Positions 34,954 through 50,531 of a stretch of DNA of 64,000 bases are shown here, one piece after another. The position numbers and the translations under genes were made by a program. The DNA is taken from the NCBI GenBank assembly GCA_964016885.1, contig OZ024743.1, positions 366,110,001 through 366,174,000 on the forward strand, given 5' to 3'. The first letter of the stretch is position 1. Each line of letters begins with the position of its first letter. The notes under the pieces were generated by a model. It did no database searches, was not told the origin of the DNA, and worked only from the letters and a program-made list of their open reading frames with translations. The stretch is from Eledone cirrhosa. Its lineage: Eukaryota.

Positions 34954-35104
34954 GTATATATATATATGTATGTATGTATGTAATATATATATATGTATGT
35001 ATGTATATATATGTATATATATGTGTATATATATGTATATATATGTGTATATATATGTATATATATATGTATATATATATGTATATATATGTATATATAT
35101 ATCG

Positions 35105-35135
<31 letters not shown>

Positions 35136-35164
35136 GTATATATATATATGTATATATATATATG

Positions 35165-35213
<49 letters not shown>

Positions 35214-35372
35214 GTATGTATATATATGTATATATATATATGTATATATATGTATATATATGTATGTATATATATGTATATATATATATGTTATTATATA
35301 TATGTGTATATATATGTATATATATATATGTATATATATGTATATATATGTATGTATATATATGTATATATG

Positions 35373-35421
<49 letters not shown>

Positions 35422-35538
35422 GTATATATATATATGTGTATATATATGTATATATATATATGTATATATATGTATATATATATATGTGTATATATATGTA
35501 TATATATATATGTATATATATATATGTATATATATATG

Positions 35539-35573
<35 letters not shown>

Positions 35574-35606
35574 GTATATATATGTATATATATATATATA
35601 TATATA

Positions 35607-35682
<76 letters not shown>

Positions 35683-35844
35683 GTATATATATGTATATAT
35701 ATATATATGTATATATGTATATATATATATATGTATATATATGTATATATATATATATGTATATATATGTATATATATATATATGTATATATGTATATAT
35801 ATATATATGTATATATATGTATATATATATATATGTATATATGT

Positions 35845-35949
<105 letters not shown>

Positions 35950-35970
35950 GTGTATATATATATATATGTG

Positions 35971-36048
<78 letters not shown>

Positions 36049-36078
36049 TATATATGTATATATATATATACATATATG

Positions 36079-36109
<31 letters not shown>

Positions 36110-36160
36110 GTATATATATATGTATATATATATGTATATATATATGTATATATATATGTA

Positions 36161-36191
<31 letters not shown>

Positions 36192-36200
36192 ATATATATG

Positions 36201-36254
<54 letters not shown>

Positions 36255-36311
36255 TGTAATATATATATATACATATATGTATATATATGTATATATATAT
36301 ATACATATATG

Positions 36312-36342
<31 letters not shown>

Positions 36343-36365
36343 GTATATATATATGTATATATATG

Positions 36366-36396
<31 letters not shown>

Positions 36397-36408
36397 GTAT
36401 ATATATTG

Positions 36409-36445
<37 letters not shown>

Positions 36446-36468
36446 GTATATATATATGTATATATATG

Positions 36469-36507
<39 letters not shown>

Positions 36508-36530
36508 GTATATATATATGTATATATATG

Positions 36531-36561
<31 letters not shown>

Positions 36562-36582
36562 GTATATATATGTATATATATG

Positions 36583-36635
<53 letters not shown>

Positions 36636-36636
36636 G

Positions 36637-36709
<73 letters not shown>

Positions 36710-36710
36710 G

Positions 36711-36741
<31 letters not shown>

Positions 36742-36755
36742 GTATAATATATATG

Positions 36756-36788
<33 letters not shown>

Positions 36789-36809
36789 GTATATATATAT
36801 ATATATATG

Positions 36810-37281
36810 TAACTTTGAATAACTTTGAAATGTTTTGGCAGTATTGGCCCAGGCCATGTCTAACTTAATAGCACACCCGGCGAAGTCTTTCAATTCAGAT
36901 TTGGGCACCATGGCCCATTCGAGAAGAGAATTACTGTTTGCGGAGACATATCCGGGTGTGGGTGGTTTGTCCGGGATTACTTGGAGGAATTTGTCCAAAG
37001 ACTTCTTGAATTTTGTGTGGTCAGTTTCTGTTTTGACGTGTCCTGGTGTGATGTTGAAGAGAGCAGGGCCGATTGAGGTGAAATAATTGTGCCGTATTGT
37101 TGTTATGAGTTGCGATTTAGATTTTTGAATGGGACGGATAGCACGGGGCCCAAGCCTTGGGTGTATCTTGAAGGCGATGCCAACATCATTTGGGCAGTGA
37201 TGATGGAACATTTTCCACATCATGCAGATAATATAACGCTCACGGCGACGTTGGAGTGAGTAAAGTTCAGGTTTTCCAATC
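36810..37281 (-). mobile_element. About 470-bp 3' fragment of the same CR1-group family
   Basis: Encodes the identical peptide [11 protein letters not shown]...WAMVPKS and has the same tail. Confidence 0.93.
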
Positions 37282-37882
37282 CATATATGTATTTTCCAAT
37301 ACATATATGTATATATATGTATATATATATATGTATATATATATATGTATATATATATGTATATATATATATGTATATATATGTATATATATATGTATAT
37401 ATATATGTATATATATATATGTATATATATGTATATATATATGTATATATATATATATATGTATATATATGTATATATGTATATATATATATATATGTAT
37501 ATATATGTATATATATATGTATATATATATATGTATATATATGTATATATATATGTATATATATATATGTATATATATGTATATATATATGTATATATAT
37601 ATATATATGTATATATATGTATATATATATGTATATATATATATATGTATATATATGTATATATATATGTATATATATATATATATGTATATATATGTAT
37701 ATATATAATGTATATATATATATATATGTATATATATGTATATATGTATATATATGTATATATATATGTATATATATATATATATGTATATATATGTATA
37801 TATATATGTATATATATATATGTATATATATATGTATATATATGTATATATATATGTATATATATATATGTATATATATATG

Positions 37883-37913
<31 letters not shown>

Positions 37914-38285
37914 GTATATATATATATATGTATATATATGTATATATATACTATATATATATGTATATATATGTATATATATATGTATATATATATATGT
38001 ATATATATATATATGTATATATATATGTATGTATATATATATGTATATATTTATATATGTATATATATATATATATGTGTATATATATATAATATATGTA
38101 TATATTTATGTATATATATATATATATGTGTATATATATATATATGTATATATATATGTATATATGTATATATATGTATATATATGTATATATGTATATA
38201 TATGTATATATATATATGTATATATATATTGTATGTATATATATGTATATATATATATATATGTATATATATAATATATATATTG

Positions 38286-38324
<39 letters not shown>

Positions 38325-38388
38325 TGTATATATATAAATGTATATATATATATGTATATATATGTGTATATATATATATGTATATATG

Positions 38389-38435
<47 letters not shown>

Positions 38436-38436
38436 G

Positions 38437-38483
<47 letters not shown>

Positions 38484-38725
38484 GTGTATATATATATATA
38501 TGTATATATATATATGTATATATATATATATGTATATATATATATGTATATATATATATATGTATATATATGTATATATATGTATATATATATATGTATT
38601 ATATGTATATATATATATATATGTATATATATATGTATATATATATATGTATATATATGTATATATATATATATATGTATATATATATGTATATATGTAT
38701 ATATATATATATGTATATATATATG

Positions 38726-38756
<31 letters not shown>

Positions 38757-38873
38757 GTATATATATATGTATATATATATATGTATATATATATGTATTA
38801 TATATATATGTATATATATATATATGTATATATATGTATATATATGTTATATATATATATATGTATATATATG

Positions 38874-38908
<35 letters not shown>

Positions 38909-38916
38909 TATATATG

Positions 38917-38994
<78 letters not shown>

Positions 38995-39038
38995 TATGTA
39001 TATGTATATATATATTATAATATATATGTATATATATG

Positions 39039-39069
<31 letters not shown>

Positions 39070-39080
39070 GTATATATATG

Positions 39081-39113
<33 letters not shown>

Positions 39114-39123
39114 GTATATAATG

Positions 39124-39156
<33 letters not shown>

Positions 39157-39190
39157 GTATATATATGTATATATATATATATATATGTAT

Positions 39191-39228
<38 letters not shown>

Positions 39229-39263
39229 GTATATATATATATATATGTATATGTATATATATG

Positions 39264-39298
<35 letters not shown>

Positions 39299-39309
39299 GT
39301 ATATATATG

Positions 39310-39340
<31 letters not shown>

Positions 39341-39347
39341 GTATATA

Positions 39348-39388
<41 letters not shown>

Positions 39389-39407
39389 ATATATATATAT
39401 ATATGTG

Positions 39408-39463
<56 letters not shown>

Positions 39464-39543
39464 GTATATATATGTATATATATATATTATATATATATAT
39501 ATATGAATATATATGTATATATATATATATATATATATGAATA

Positions 39544-39576
<33 letters not shown>

Positions 39577-39667
39577 GAATATATATGTATATTATATATA
39601 TTATATATATATCAATATATATGTATATATGTATATATTATATATATATGAATATATTGTATATATG

Positions 39668-39705
<38 letters not shown>

Positions 39706-39708
39706 TGA

Positions 39709-39745
<37 letters not shown>

Positions 39746-40009
39746 TATGAATATATATATATAATTATGTATATATATATATATATTGAATATATATATA
39801 TATATATGTATATATATTGTATATATATATGATATATAATATATATTATGTATATATATATGAATATATATGTATATTATATATATATATATATATATAT
39901 ATGTTATATATGTATATATGTATATATATATATGTATATATGTATATATATATGTATATATATATATGTATATGTATATATGTATATATATATGTATATA
40001 TATATATAA

Positions 40010-40076
<67 letters not shown>

Positions 40077-40077
40077 G

Positions 40078-40113
<36 letters not shown>

Positions 40114-40156
40114 ATATATATGTATATATATTATATGTATATATTATATATATATA

Positions 40157-40299
<143 letters not shown>

Positions 40300-40300
40300 G

Positions 40301-40363
<63 letters not shown>

Positions 40364-40399
40364 GTATAATATGTATATATATATATATATATATATGTG

Positions 40400-40454
<55 letters not shown>

Positions 40455-40527
40455 GTATATATATATATGTATATATATGTATATATGTATGTATATATAT
40501 GTATATATATATATATATATATATGTG

Positions 40528-40560
<33 letters not shown>

Positions 40561-40599
40561 GTATATATATGTGTATGTATATATATGTATATATATGTG

Positions 40600-40630
<31 letters not shown>

Positions 40631-40667
40631 GTATATATATATGTATATATATATGTATATATATGTG

Positions 40668-40698
<31 letters not shown>

Positions 40699-40899
40699 GT
40701 ATATATATATGTATATATATATGTATATATATGTATATATATGTATATATATATGTATATATATGTGTATGTATATATATGTATATATATGTGTATATAT
40801 ATGTATATATATGTATATATATATGTATATATATATATGTGTATGTATATATATGTGTATATATATGTATATATATGTATATATATGTATATATATATG

Positions 40900-40930
<31 letters not shown>

Positions 40931-40938
40931 GTAATATG

Positions 40939-40969
<31 letters not shown>

Positions 40970-41033
40970 GTATATATATATGTATATATATTGTATATAT
41001 ATATATATAGTATATTATATATATATATGTATA

Positions 41034-41092
<59 letters not shown>

Positions 41093-41126
41093 GTATATAT
41101 ATATATTATGTATATGTATATATATG

Positions 41127-41157
<31 letters not shown>

Positions 41158-41257
41158 GTATATATATGTATATATATATATATATATGTATATATATGTA
41201 TATATATAATATATATATGTATATATATGTATATATATATATGTATATATATGTATA

Positions 41258-41376
<119 letters not shown>

Positions 41377-41446
41377 TATGTATGTATATATATGTATATA
41401 TATGTATATATATTATATATATATATAATTATATATATGATATATG

Positions 41447-41482
<36 letters not shown>

Positions 41483-41988
41483 TATGAATATATATATATT
41501 ATATATGTATATATATTATATATATATATATGAATATATATATATATGTATTATATTATATATTATATGAATATATATATATATATGTATATATATGTAT
41601 ATATATATGAATATATATATATATATATGTATATATATATGAATATATATGTATATTATATGTATATATATATGAATATATATATATATATATGTATATA
41701 TATATGAATATATATGTATATATATGTATATATATGTATATATATATGAATATATATATATATATGTATATATATGAATATATATGTATATATATATGTA
41801 TAATATATATGAATATATATATATATATATATGTATATATGATATATATATGTATATTATATATATATATATGTATATATGTATATATATATGTATATAT
41901 ATATATGTATATATATATATGTATATATAATAGTATATATATGTATATATATATATATATATTAAGTATATATAGTATAATATATATG

Positions 41989-42059
<71 letters not shown>

Positions 42060-42060
42060 G

Positions 42061-42141
<81 letters not shown>

Positions 42142-42143
42142 TA

Positions 42144-42176
<33 letters not shown>

Positions 42177-42179
42177 TAG

Positions 42180-42210
<31 letters not shown>

Positions 42211-42217
42211 GTATATA

Positions 42218-42311
<94 letters not shown>

Positions 42312-42358
42312 TGTATAATATATAGTATATATATTATATATATATATATATATATGTG

Positions 42359-42393
<35 letters not shown>

Positions 42394-42428
42394 GTATATA
42401 TATATGTGTATAGTATATATATGTATAT

Positions 42429-42462
<34 letters not shown>

Positions 42463-42646
42463 ATGTATATATATATGTATATATATATGTATATATATGT
42501 ATATATATGTATTATATATATGTATATATATGTGTATCTATATATATTGTTATATATATGTGTATATATATGTATATATATGTATATATATGTATATATA
42601 TATATATGTGTATGTATATATATATGTGTATATATATGTAATATAT

Positions 42647-42846
42647 NNNNNNNNNNNNNNNNNNNNNNNNNNNNNNNNNNNNNNNNNNNNNNNNNNNNNN
42701 NNNNNNNNNNNNNNNNNNNNNNNNNNNNNNNNNNNNNNNNNNNNNNNNNNNNNNNNNNNNNNNNNNNNNNNNNNNNNNNNNNNNNNNNNNNNNNNNNNNN
42801 NNNNNNNNNNNNNNNNNNNNNNNNNNNNNNNNNNNNNNNNNNNNNN
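42647..42846. other. Assembly gap (200 N)
   Basis: Run of N; the round size suggests a scaffolding placeholder. Confidence 0.99.
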
Positions 42847-43000
42847 ATATATATTATGTGTGTATATATATATATGTGTATATATATATTATATGTGTAT
42901 ATATATATATATATATGTGTGTATATATATATATGTGTATATATATATGTGTGTTATATAGTATATATGTGTATATATATATATATATATGTGTATATAT

Positions 43001-43059
<59 letters not shown>

Positions 43060-43097
43060 GTGTATATATATATATGTATATATATATATATTATGTG

Positions 43098-43131
<34 letters not shown>

Positions 43132-43223
43132 TGTGTATATATATATATGTATAAATATATATATATATGTGTATATATATATATATATATGTGTATATAT
43201 ATGTGTATATATATATATATATA

Positions 43224-43255
<32 letters not shown>

Positions 43256-44084
43256 GTGTATATATATATATATGTGTATATATATATATATATATGTGTG
43301 TGTTGTATATATATATATGTGTATATATATATATATATGTGTATATATATATATATGTGTATATATATATATGTGTATATATATATGTGTATATATATAT
43401 ATATGTGTGTATATATATATATATATGTGTATATATATATATATGTGTATATATGTGTATATATATATATATATATATGTGTATATATATGTATATATAT
43501 ATGTGTACATATATGTGTATATATATGTATATATATATGTGTACATATATGTATATATATATGTGTGTATATATATATATGTGTGTATATATATATATAT
43601 ATGTGTATATATATATGTATATGTGTATATGTGTATATATATATGTGTATATGTGTATATATATATATGTGTATCTATATATATATATGTGTATATGTAT
43701 ATATATATATGTATATATATATATTATATATGTGTATATGTATATATGTATATATATATGTATATATATATATATGTGTATATGTATATATATATGTATA
43801 TATATATGTGTATATGTATATATATATGTATATATATATATATATGTATATATATATGTATATATATATATATATATATGTGTGTATATATATGTATATA
43901 TATATATATATGTGTGTATATATATGTATATATATATATATATGTGTATATGTGTGTATATATATGTATATATATATATGTGTATATATATATGTGTATA
44001 TATATGTATATATATATATATATGTGTATATATATATGTGTATATCTATGTATATATATATATATATATATGTGTATATATATG

Positions 44085-44121
<37 letters not shown>

Positions 44122-44124
44122 GTG

Positions 44125-44159
<35 letters not shown>

Positions 44160-44273
44160 GTGTATATATATATATATGTATATATATATATGTGTATATA
44201 TATATACATATATGTATATATATATATGTGTATATATATATGTATAATATATATATGTGTATATATATATGTG

Positions 44274-44308
<35 letters not shown>

Positions 44309-44368
44309 GTGTATATATATATACATATATGTATATATATATATGTGTATATATATATGTATATATAT

Positions 44369-44408
<40 letters not shown>

Positions 44409-44483
44409 GTGTATATATGTATATATATATATGTGTATATATATATGTATATATATATATGTGTATATATATATGTATATATA

Positions 44484-44528
<45 letters not shown>

Positions 44529-44843
44529 GTGTATATATATATATATGTGTGTATATAATATATATATGTGCGTATATATATGTATGTGTGTATATATGTA
44601 TGTGTATCTATATATGTATATATATATGTGTATATATACTTGTATATGTATATATGTGTATATATATATATGTGTATATATACTTGTATATGTGTATATG
44701 TATATGTATATATGTGTATATATATATGTGTATATATATATATGTATATGTATATAAGTATATGTATATATGTGTTATATATATATATATGTACATATAT
44801 GTATATATCTATGTATGTATATCTATGTATGTGTATATATATG

Positions 44844-44874
<31 letters not shown>

Positions 44875-45154
44875 GTATATAAGTATATGTATATATGTGT
44901 ATATATATATATATGTACATATATGTATATATCTATGTATGTATATCTATGTATGTGTATATATACTGTATGTGTATATATATGTATGTATATATCTATG
45001 TATGTATGTATATATATATATGTACATATATGTATATATCTATGTATGTATATCTATGTATGTGTATATATATGTATGTGTATATATATGTATGTATATA
45101 TCTATGTATGTATGTATATATGTATGTGTATATATATGTATGTATATATCTATG

Positions 45155-45186
<32 letters not shown>

Positions 45187-45380
45187 TGTATGTATGTATA
45201 TGTATGTATATGTATGTGTATGTATGTATATGTCTGTATATATATATATGTCTGTATATGTATGTATATGTCTGTATATATATATATAGGTCTGTATATA
45301 TATATATGTCTGTATATGTATGTATATATATATATATGTATGTATGTATGCTATATGTATGTATATATATATATATGTAT

Positions 45381-45554
45381 GCTAGGGAAAGGATCAGGGG
45401 TGTATAACACTCCACTTATCCAGCAGGCAGTATGTAGGACAGAGCCGTAATATAATAAATAAATAACAAAGAACGCTTATAGCATATGCATATCTTTACT
45501 TGCTAACATTGTTTCATCCGCACTATAAGTGGGACTCATCAGAGCATAAAGGTT
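45381..45554 (-). mobile_element. 174-bp pLTR fragment of the H5 family
   Basis: Reverse complement of 33415-33600 with a ~20-bp internal deletion; TA tracts on both sides. Confidence 0.88.
45494..45551 (-). ncRNA. Hammerhead H5, third copy
   Basis: Identical to 30976-31033. Confidence 0.85.
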
Positions 45555-46418
45555 ATATATATATATGTATTGTATGTATATATATGTATGTATGTATATG
45601 TATGTATATATATATATATGTATGTATATATATATATGTCATGTATATATATATATGTATGTATGTATGTATAATGTATATATATGTATGTATATGTATG
45701 TATGTATATGTATATATATATATGTATGTATGTATGTATATATATATATATGTGTATATTATATATATATGTGTATATATATATGTGTATGTATATATAT
45801 GTGTATGTATATATATGTGTATGTATATATATGTGTATGTATATATATGTGTATGTATATATATGTGTATGTATATATATGTGTATGTATTATATATGTT
45901 CATGTATATATATATATGTGTATGTTTATATATGTGTATGTATATATATGTGTATGTATATATATGTGTATGTATATATGTGTGTGTATATATATATGTG
46001 TGTGTATGTATATATATGTGTGTATTATATATATGTGTGTATATATATATATGTGTGTATATATATATATATGTGTGTATATATATATGTGTATATATAT
46101 ATGTGTATATATATATATTATGTGTGTGTAATATATATATATGTGTGTATATATATATATGTGTGTATATATATATATGTGTGTATATATATATATATAT
46201 GTGTATATATATATATATATATATGTGTGTGTATATATATATGTGTGTGTATATATATATGTGTGTGTATATATATATATATATATGTGTATATATATAT
46301 ATGTGTATATACATGTGTATATACATATACGTGTATATACATATATGTGTATATATATATGTGTGTGTATATATATATTTGTATGTATATTTATGTATAT
46401 ATACATATATATATATAT
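45555..46418. repeat. (TA)n/(TG)n compound tract
   Basis: Directly visible. Confidence 0.95.
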
Positions 46419-47355
46419 GAATGAAAAATGGCGAGCTTGGTTGTTGCAAAAAGGATATATATAATAAATGAAGAATTAGAAATATCCGTCATCAGTGGTC
46501 TAGTAGCCATCATAGGTATTTCTCGCATTACAGACCATATACCCCCGGCTAGGGCGATACAATAACTAAATTAAGTTATTGGGATAAAAAGAGTTGGGTG
46601 GAGAAAGAGAGACAGGTAAATAAACACCAATGGTGAGGCAACGTAAAGAGAGGAAAAAATGAGAAAATCAAGTCAATAATCCATTTTGAACATAAGACCT
46701 TGCGACTATTGACGAGAAGGCAAAGACACATCTTGGCCGTGCGGATGTGAGCGAGGAAAGAATCTCGTACGGTGTGGGACGATGGAGGAAGTGAGAGAGA
46801 GGGTGAGTAGCAGAGAGTGAGTGAGTGAAAGTGTGAGGAAGAGGCTAGCCGAGAGAGGGTGACTAGCAGAGGGGGTGAGTGAAAGTAAGAGGGAGAAGGA
46901 GAGGGAAAGAGGATAGCAGTAAGGAAAGAGAAAAGAACAGGTCACAGCGAAGGGGAAAGCATATATGAATGAAAAATGGCGAGCTGTGTTGTTGCAAAAA
47001 GGATATATATAATAAATATAGAATTAGAAATAGAAGCCAGGAATATCCGTCATCAGTGGTCTACTAGCCATCGTAGGTATTTCTCGCATTACAGACCATA
47101 TACCTCCGGCTAGGGCGATTATTGACTTGATTTTCTCATTTTTTCCTCTCTTTACTTTGCCTCACCATTGGGGTTTGTTTACCTGTCTCTCTTTCTCCAC
47201 CCAACTCTTTTTAGCCCAATAACTTAATTTAGTTATTGTATCGCCCTAGCCGGGGGTATATGGTCTGTAATGCGAAGAAATACCTATGATGGCTAGTAGA
47301 CCACTGATGACGGATATTCCTGGCTTCTATTTCTAATTCTTCATTTATTATATAT
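46419..47355 (-). mobile_element. Non-coding element: 548-bp unit + partial second unit + inverted arm (47117-47355)
   Basis: GAAAAATGGCGAGC at 46423 and 46971; 47117-47355 is the reverse complement of about 46457-46681; GAT microhomology at the inversion junction. Strand inferred from architecture. Confidence 0.75.
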
Positions 47356-47366
47356 ATATATATATA

Positions 47367-47739
47367 CGAGGGTAATCCCAAAAGTAAGGTCTCCAAAGCG
47401 ATGGGGACGCAGAGAAACTGTTCGCACGGCTGTTGGCAACGCTGTTGTGATTGGTGCTTCCTTTACTCCCAAACAATGCGCGCGCTTCGCTGGGATGCTC
47501 AATCTTGGCTTGGTAGCCGTTGAGAATGGAGCTCCCGTTGAACGCTACCGCCAAGTGCGAATTTCGCGCAGTTATTAAATAGAGGGCAATCCCAAAAGTA
47601 AGGTCTCCTTCCGAGGAAAACATGCGTAAAGATCGGCGGATCACTCTGGATGCTCTCTACATTTTGGTTCCTGAGGTTTCCCGAAGCACCATCCACAGGA
47701 TTTTATCGGAAGGGGACCTTATTTTTGGGATAGCCCTCG
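47367..47739 (+). mobile_element. Internally deleted mariner-family element (MITE)
   Basis: 28-bp imperfect TIRs CGAGGGTAATCCCAAAAGTAAGGTCTCC / GGGGACCTTATTTTTGGGATAGCCCTCG flanked by TA; transposase remnants EFRAVIK and DRRITLDAL...SRSTIHRILSE. Confidence 0.85.
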
Positions 47740-47829
47740 TACATACATATTTATATATATATATATACATACATGCGGTGCCCCAGCATGGCTTCAGCCG
47801 GATGGCTAAAACATGTAAAAGAGTATACA

Positions 47830-48750
47830 TCTGTATATATATAAAATTAAGTGTGTGTGTGTCTGTGTATTACCTATAGGGACCTACATCTTACGACCGA
47901 TTTTCATGAAACTTTACAGGCTCATAAGATTAGTCATCGGGGAGTGTTTTCTTTATATCAGCGTATTGTTTTTTTTATTCCGGGGTCATTCTGCAGATAA
48001 AAATCGATAGGGGAGGGGTCACCTTTTTTTAGGTATCGAAAAATAAGATTTTGGGCTCTAGGTCCCACATTTTGCGACCGACTTCATTCAAATTTTAAAG
48101 CAAAATAGAATTTATCATTGCACATCTTATAATGGCTTTATATTTTGGATGTTCAGGGACGGCGTGGCAGCCGCTTAAATATTCAAAAATACCACTTTTA
48201 GACTCAAATTTTTTTCGGCTCTAGCTCCCTCATTAATCAACCTACTTTGTTCAAATTTTACACTACGCTAGATCTGATTATTTCACGTCTTAAAGTGGCT
48301 TGACATTTTGGATTTTTTGTTCAGGAACGGCGTGGCAGCCGCTTAAATATTAGAAAATACCACCTTTTCGCTCAAATGTCCGCCTTTTCGGCTCTAGCTC
48401 CCACATTTTTCAACCGATTTCGTTCAAATTCGAAACTTCGGCTCCACCTCACACATAAATCAATTTATTTGGTTCAACTTTTATACTACGATAGAACCTA
48501 TCATTGCACATCTTATAGTAGCTTTACACTTTGCATTTTTTTTTGTTCAGGGACGGCGTGGCAGTCGTTTAACTCTTCAAAATACGATTTTTTCCACCTC
48601 CCACATATTCCATACGATTTCACTCAACATTTCGCCATTTGCTACACCTTACGACCGATTTTCAAGAAACTCGCAGTCGCTAAGATCAACACCTTTTCAT
48701 TAAAGCAGATATTATTTTACCTACCCAGGCGACGCTGGGTACTGCTGCTA

Positions 48751-48751
<1 letters not shown>
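47830..48751 (+). mobile_element. Non-autonomous Helitron-like element
   Basis: A|TC...TATATATAAAA start, 3' hairpin ACCCAG-gcgacg-CTGGGT (48723-48740) then CTAG|T; internal GTTCAGG.ACGGCGTGGCAG repeats at about 48151, 48319, 48545. Confidence 0.75.
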
Positions 48752-48782
<31 letters not shown>

Positions 48783-49432
48783 CTTTACTAAACATATTTA
48801 TCTCATCCAGCCCACCTCCCTCTTAACCCTAGCTGTCTGTCTTGCCTCCTCAGACAAAGAAAATAAAAATATAACAAAGTCTTCTCTCGCACCTTCCTCA
48901 TTCAACAACCACTCATATTAAAAGCACCCGAATTACAAATGTGCGCCAATAAATTATCACTCTCTATTACCTTATCTTCCTTTTTTTATTTCTTCTATTC
49001 TTTCTTTATTTCTTCTATTCTTTCTTTATTTCTTCTATTCTTTCTTTCTTAAATTCTCTATACATTTTTATCATTCTTTTTCTTATTCATATTCATAACT
49101 TACTATTTTCACTCAAAGCACACATTTCCTTATTGCCCGAATGAAAAACAGTTGCTATCCCAGTGGATAAACAGCTTACCTTACCTAAAACTTTTTTTTT
49201 TTTTTTTCATTACACACTTGTTTTGCTACGAATGCAGTTCCATCCGCCTGGTTTCTCTGCAACTACCATTACCATATTACAATTCTCTCTACACATATGT
49301 GTGTAAAGGAAAGAAAAGCTTAATCAACTAGGTCTCTCTTAACATGATCTGAATTCGAATATAACTCGTTAAACACGCATATATATATATATATATAAAT
49401 AAATATATATTCTGTTTTTAGGCTGGCTGAGT

Positions 49433-49483
<51 letters not shown>

Positions 49484-49519
49484 ATATATATATATATTTA
49501 TTATATATGTATATGGTGG

Positions 49520-49722
49520 TTTCTTATATAGGCACAAGGCCAGCAATTTTGGGTGAGGAGAAAGTCGATTAAATCGACCCCAGTGCATTACTGGTACTTT
49601 ACTTTATCGACCCCGTAAGGATGAAAGGCAAAGTCAACCTCGGCAAAATTTGAACTCGTATCATAAAGGGCCGTAACTATGCTGCAAAGCATGGCGTCCG
49701 ACCCTCTGCCAATCCACCGTCT
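49520..49722 (-). mobile_element. SINE family A
   Basis: GGCACAAGGCCAGCAA...TTTATCGACCCCGTAAGGATGAAAGGC...TTTGAACTC. Confidence 0.85.
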
Positions 49723-49803
49723 CATATATATATATATATATATATATGGTGATATGGACTTATCTCTATGTAAGAGAGATACTGTTGATTGAGCAGGTGT
49801 ATA

Positions 49804-50420
49804 TAATAATAATGATAATGAAATTATTGTGTACAGTGCTCAGGTGCACTACAACTCATCAAAGGTGCATGTATAGTACATAGAATAATGTACAAATGTC
49901 AGGAAAATGAAGTGTACGAGTCATGATATACATGTGTGCGTGTATATGGAGGGGGAATATTAGGTGTAGTGTTGGCGAATCTCAGGAAGCATGGAGGTTT
50001 TAAAGGATGCAGTGTCTCGACAGCTAACAACTGATGCAGGCAGTTTGTTCCAGGCTTCAGCAACTCTGAGCGGGAAAAAATGTTTCCGAAAGTCATGGGA
50101 GCTGTGCTGCTTTCTGACTTTGTGGGCATGCCCACGTGTGTTAGACACATGGAATTCAAAAAGGTACTCAGGGTTGTTGTTGGCAAGATGGTTAATAATT
50201 TTGTGGGTGTTTACCAAGTCAGTTGCCAGACGTCGGAGCTTCAATGTATCCATGCCCAGGGAAGCAAGGAGTTCAGAGTATGGTAGATGCCTGGTGGAGA
50301 GTATTCACTTGGTTGCACGTCTCTGAAAAGTTTCCAGGCAGTCAATGTTCTGAGCAAGATAGGGGTTCCAGACTGGTGATGCAAATTCTAAGTGTGGCCG
50401 CACCATAGCTATATACAGCT
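49804..50420 (-). mobile_element. CR1 LINE 3' fragment (different family), (ATT)n tail
   Basis: RPHLEFASPVWNP, LKLRRL..DL, TRGHAHKV, RKHFFPLRVAEAWNKLP motifs; one stop codon. Confidence 0.88.
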
Positions 50421-50451
50421 TTAAATAGACAGCTGGAGAGCGGCTGACAAA

Positions 50452-50531
<80 letters not shown>

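Noticed and set aside
47246-47330. Alternative readings of the 548-bp motif as hairpin, twister, pistol, HDV ribozyme or SECIS
   Set aside because: Partial word matches only (AGAAAUA, UAAUGC, AUGA..UGA); required helices or spacing are missing in each case.
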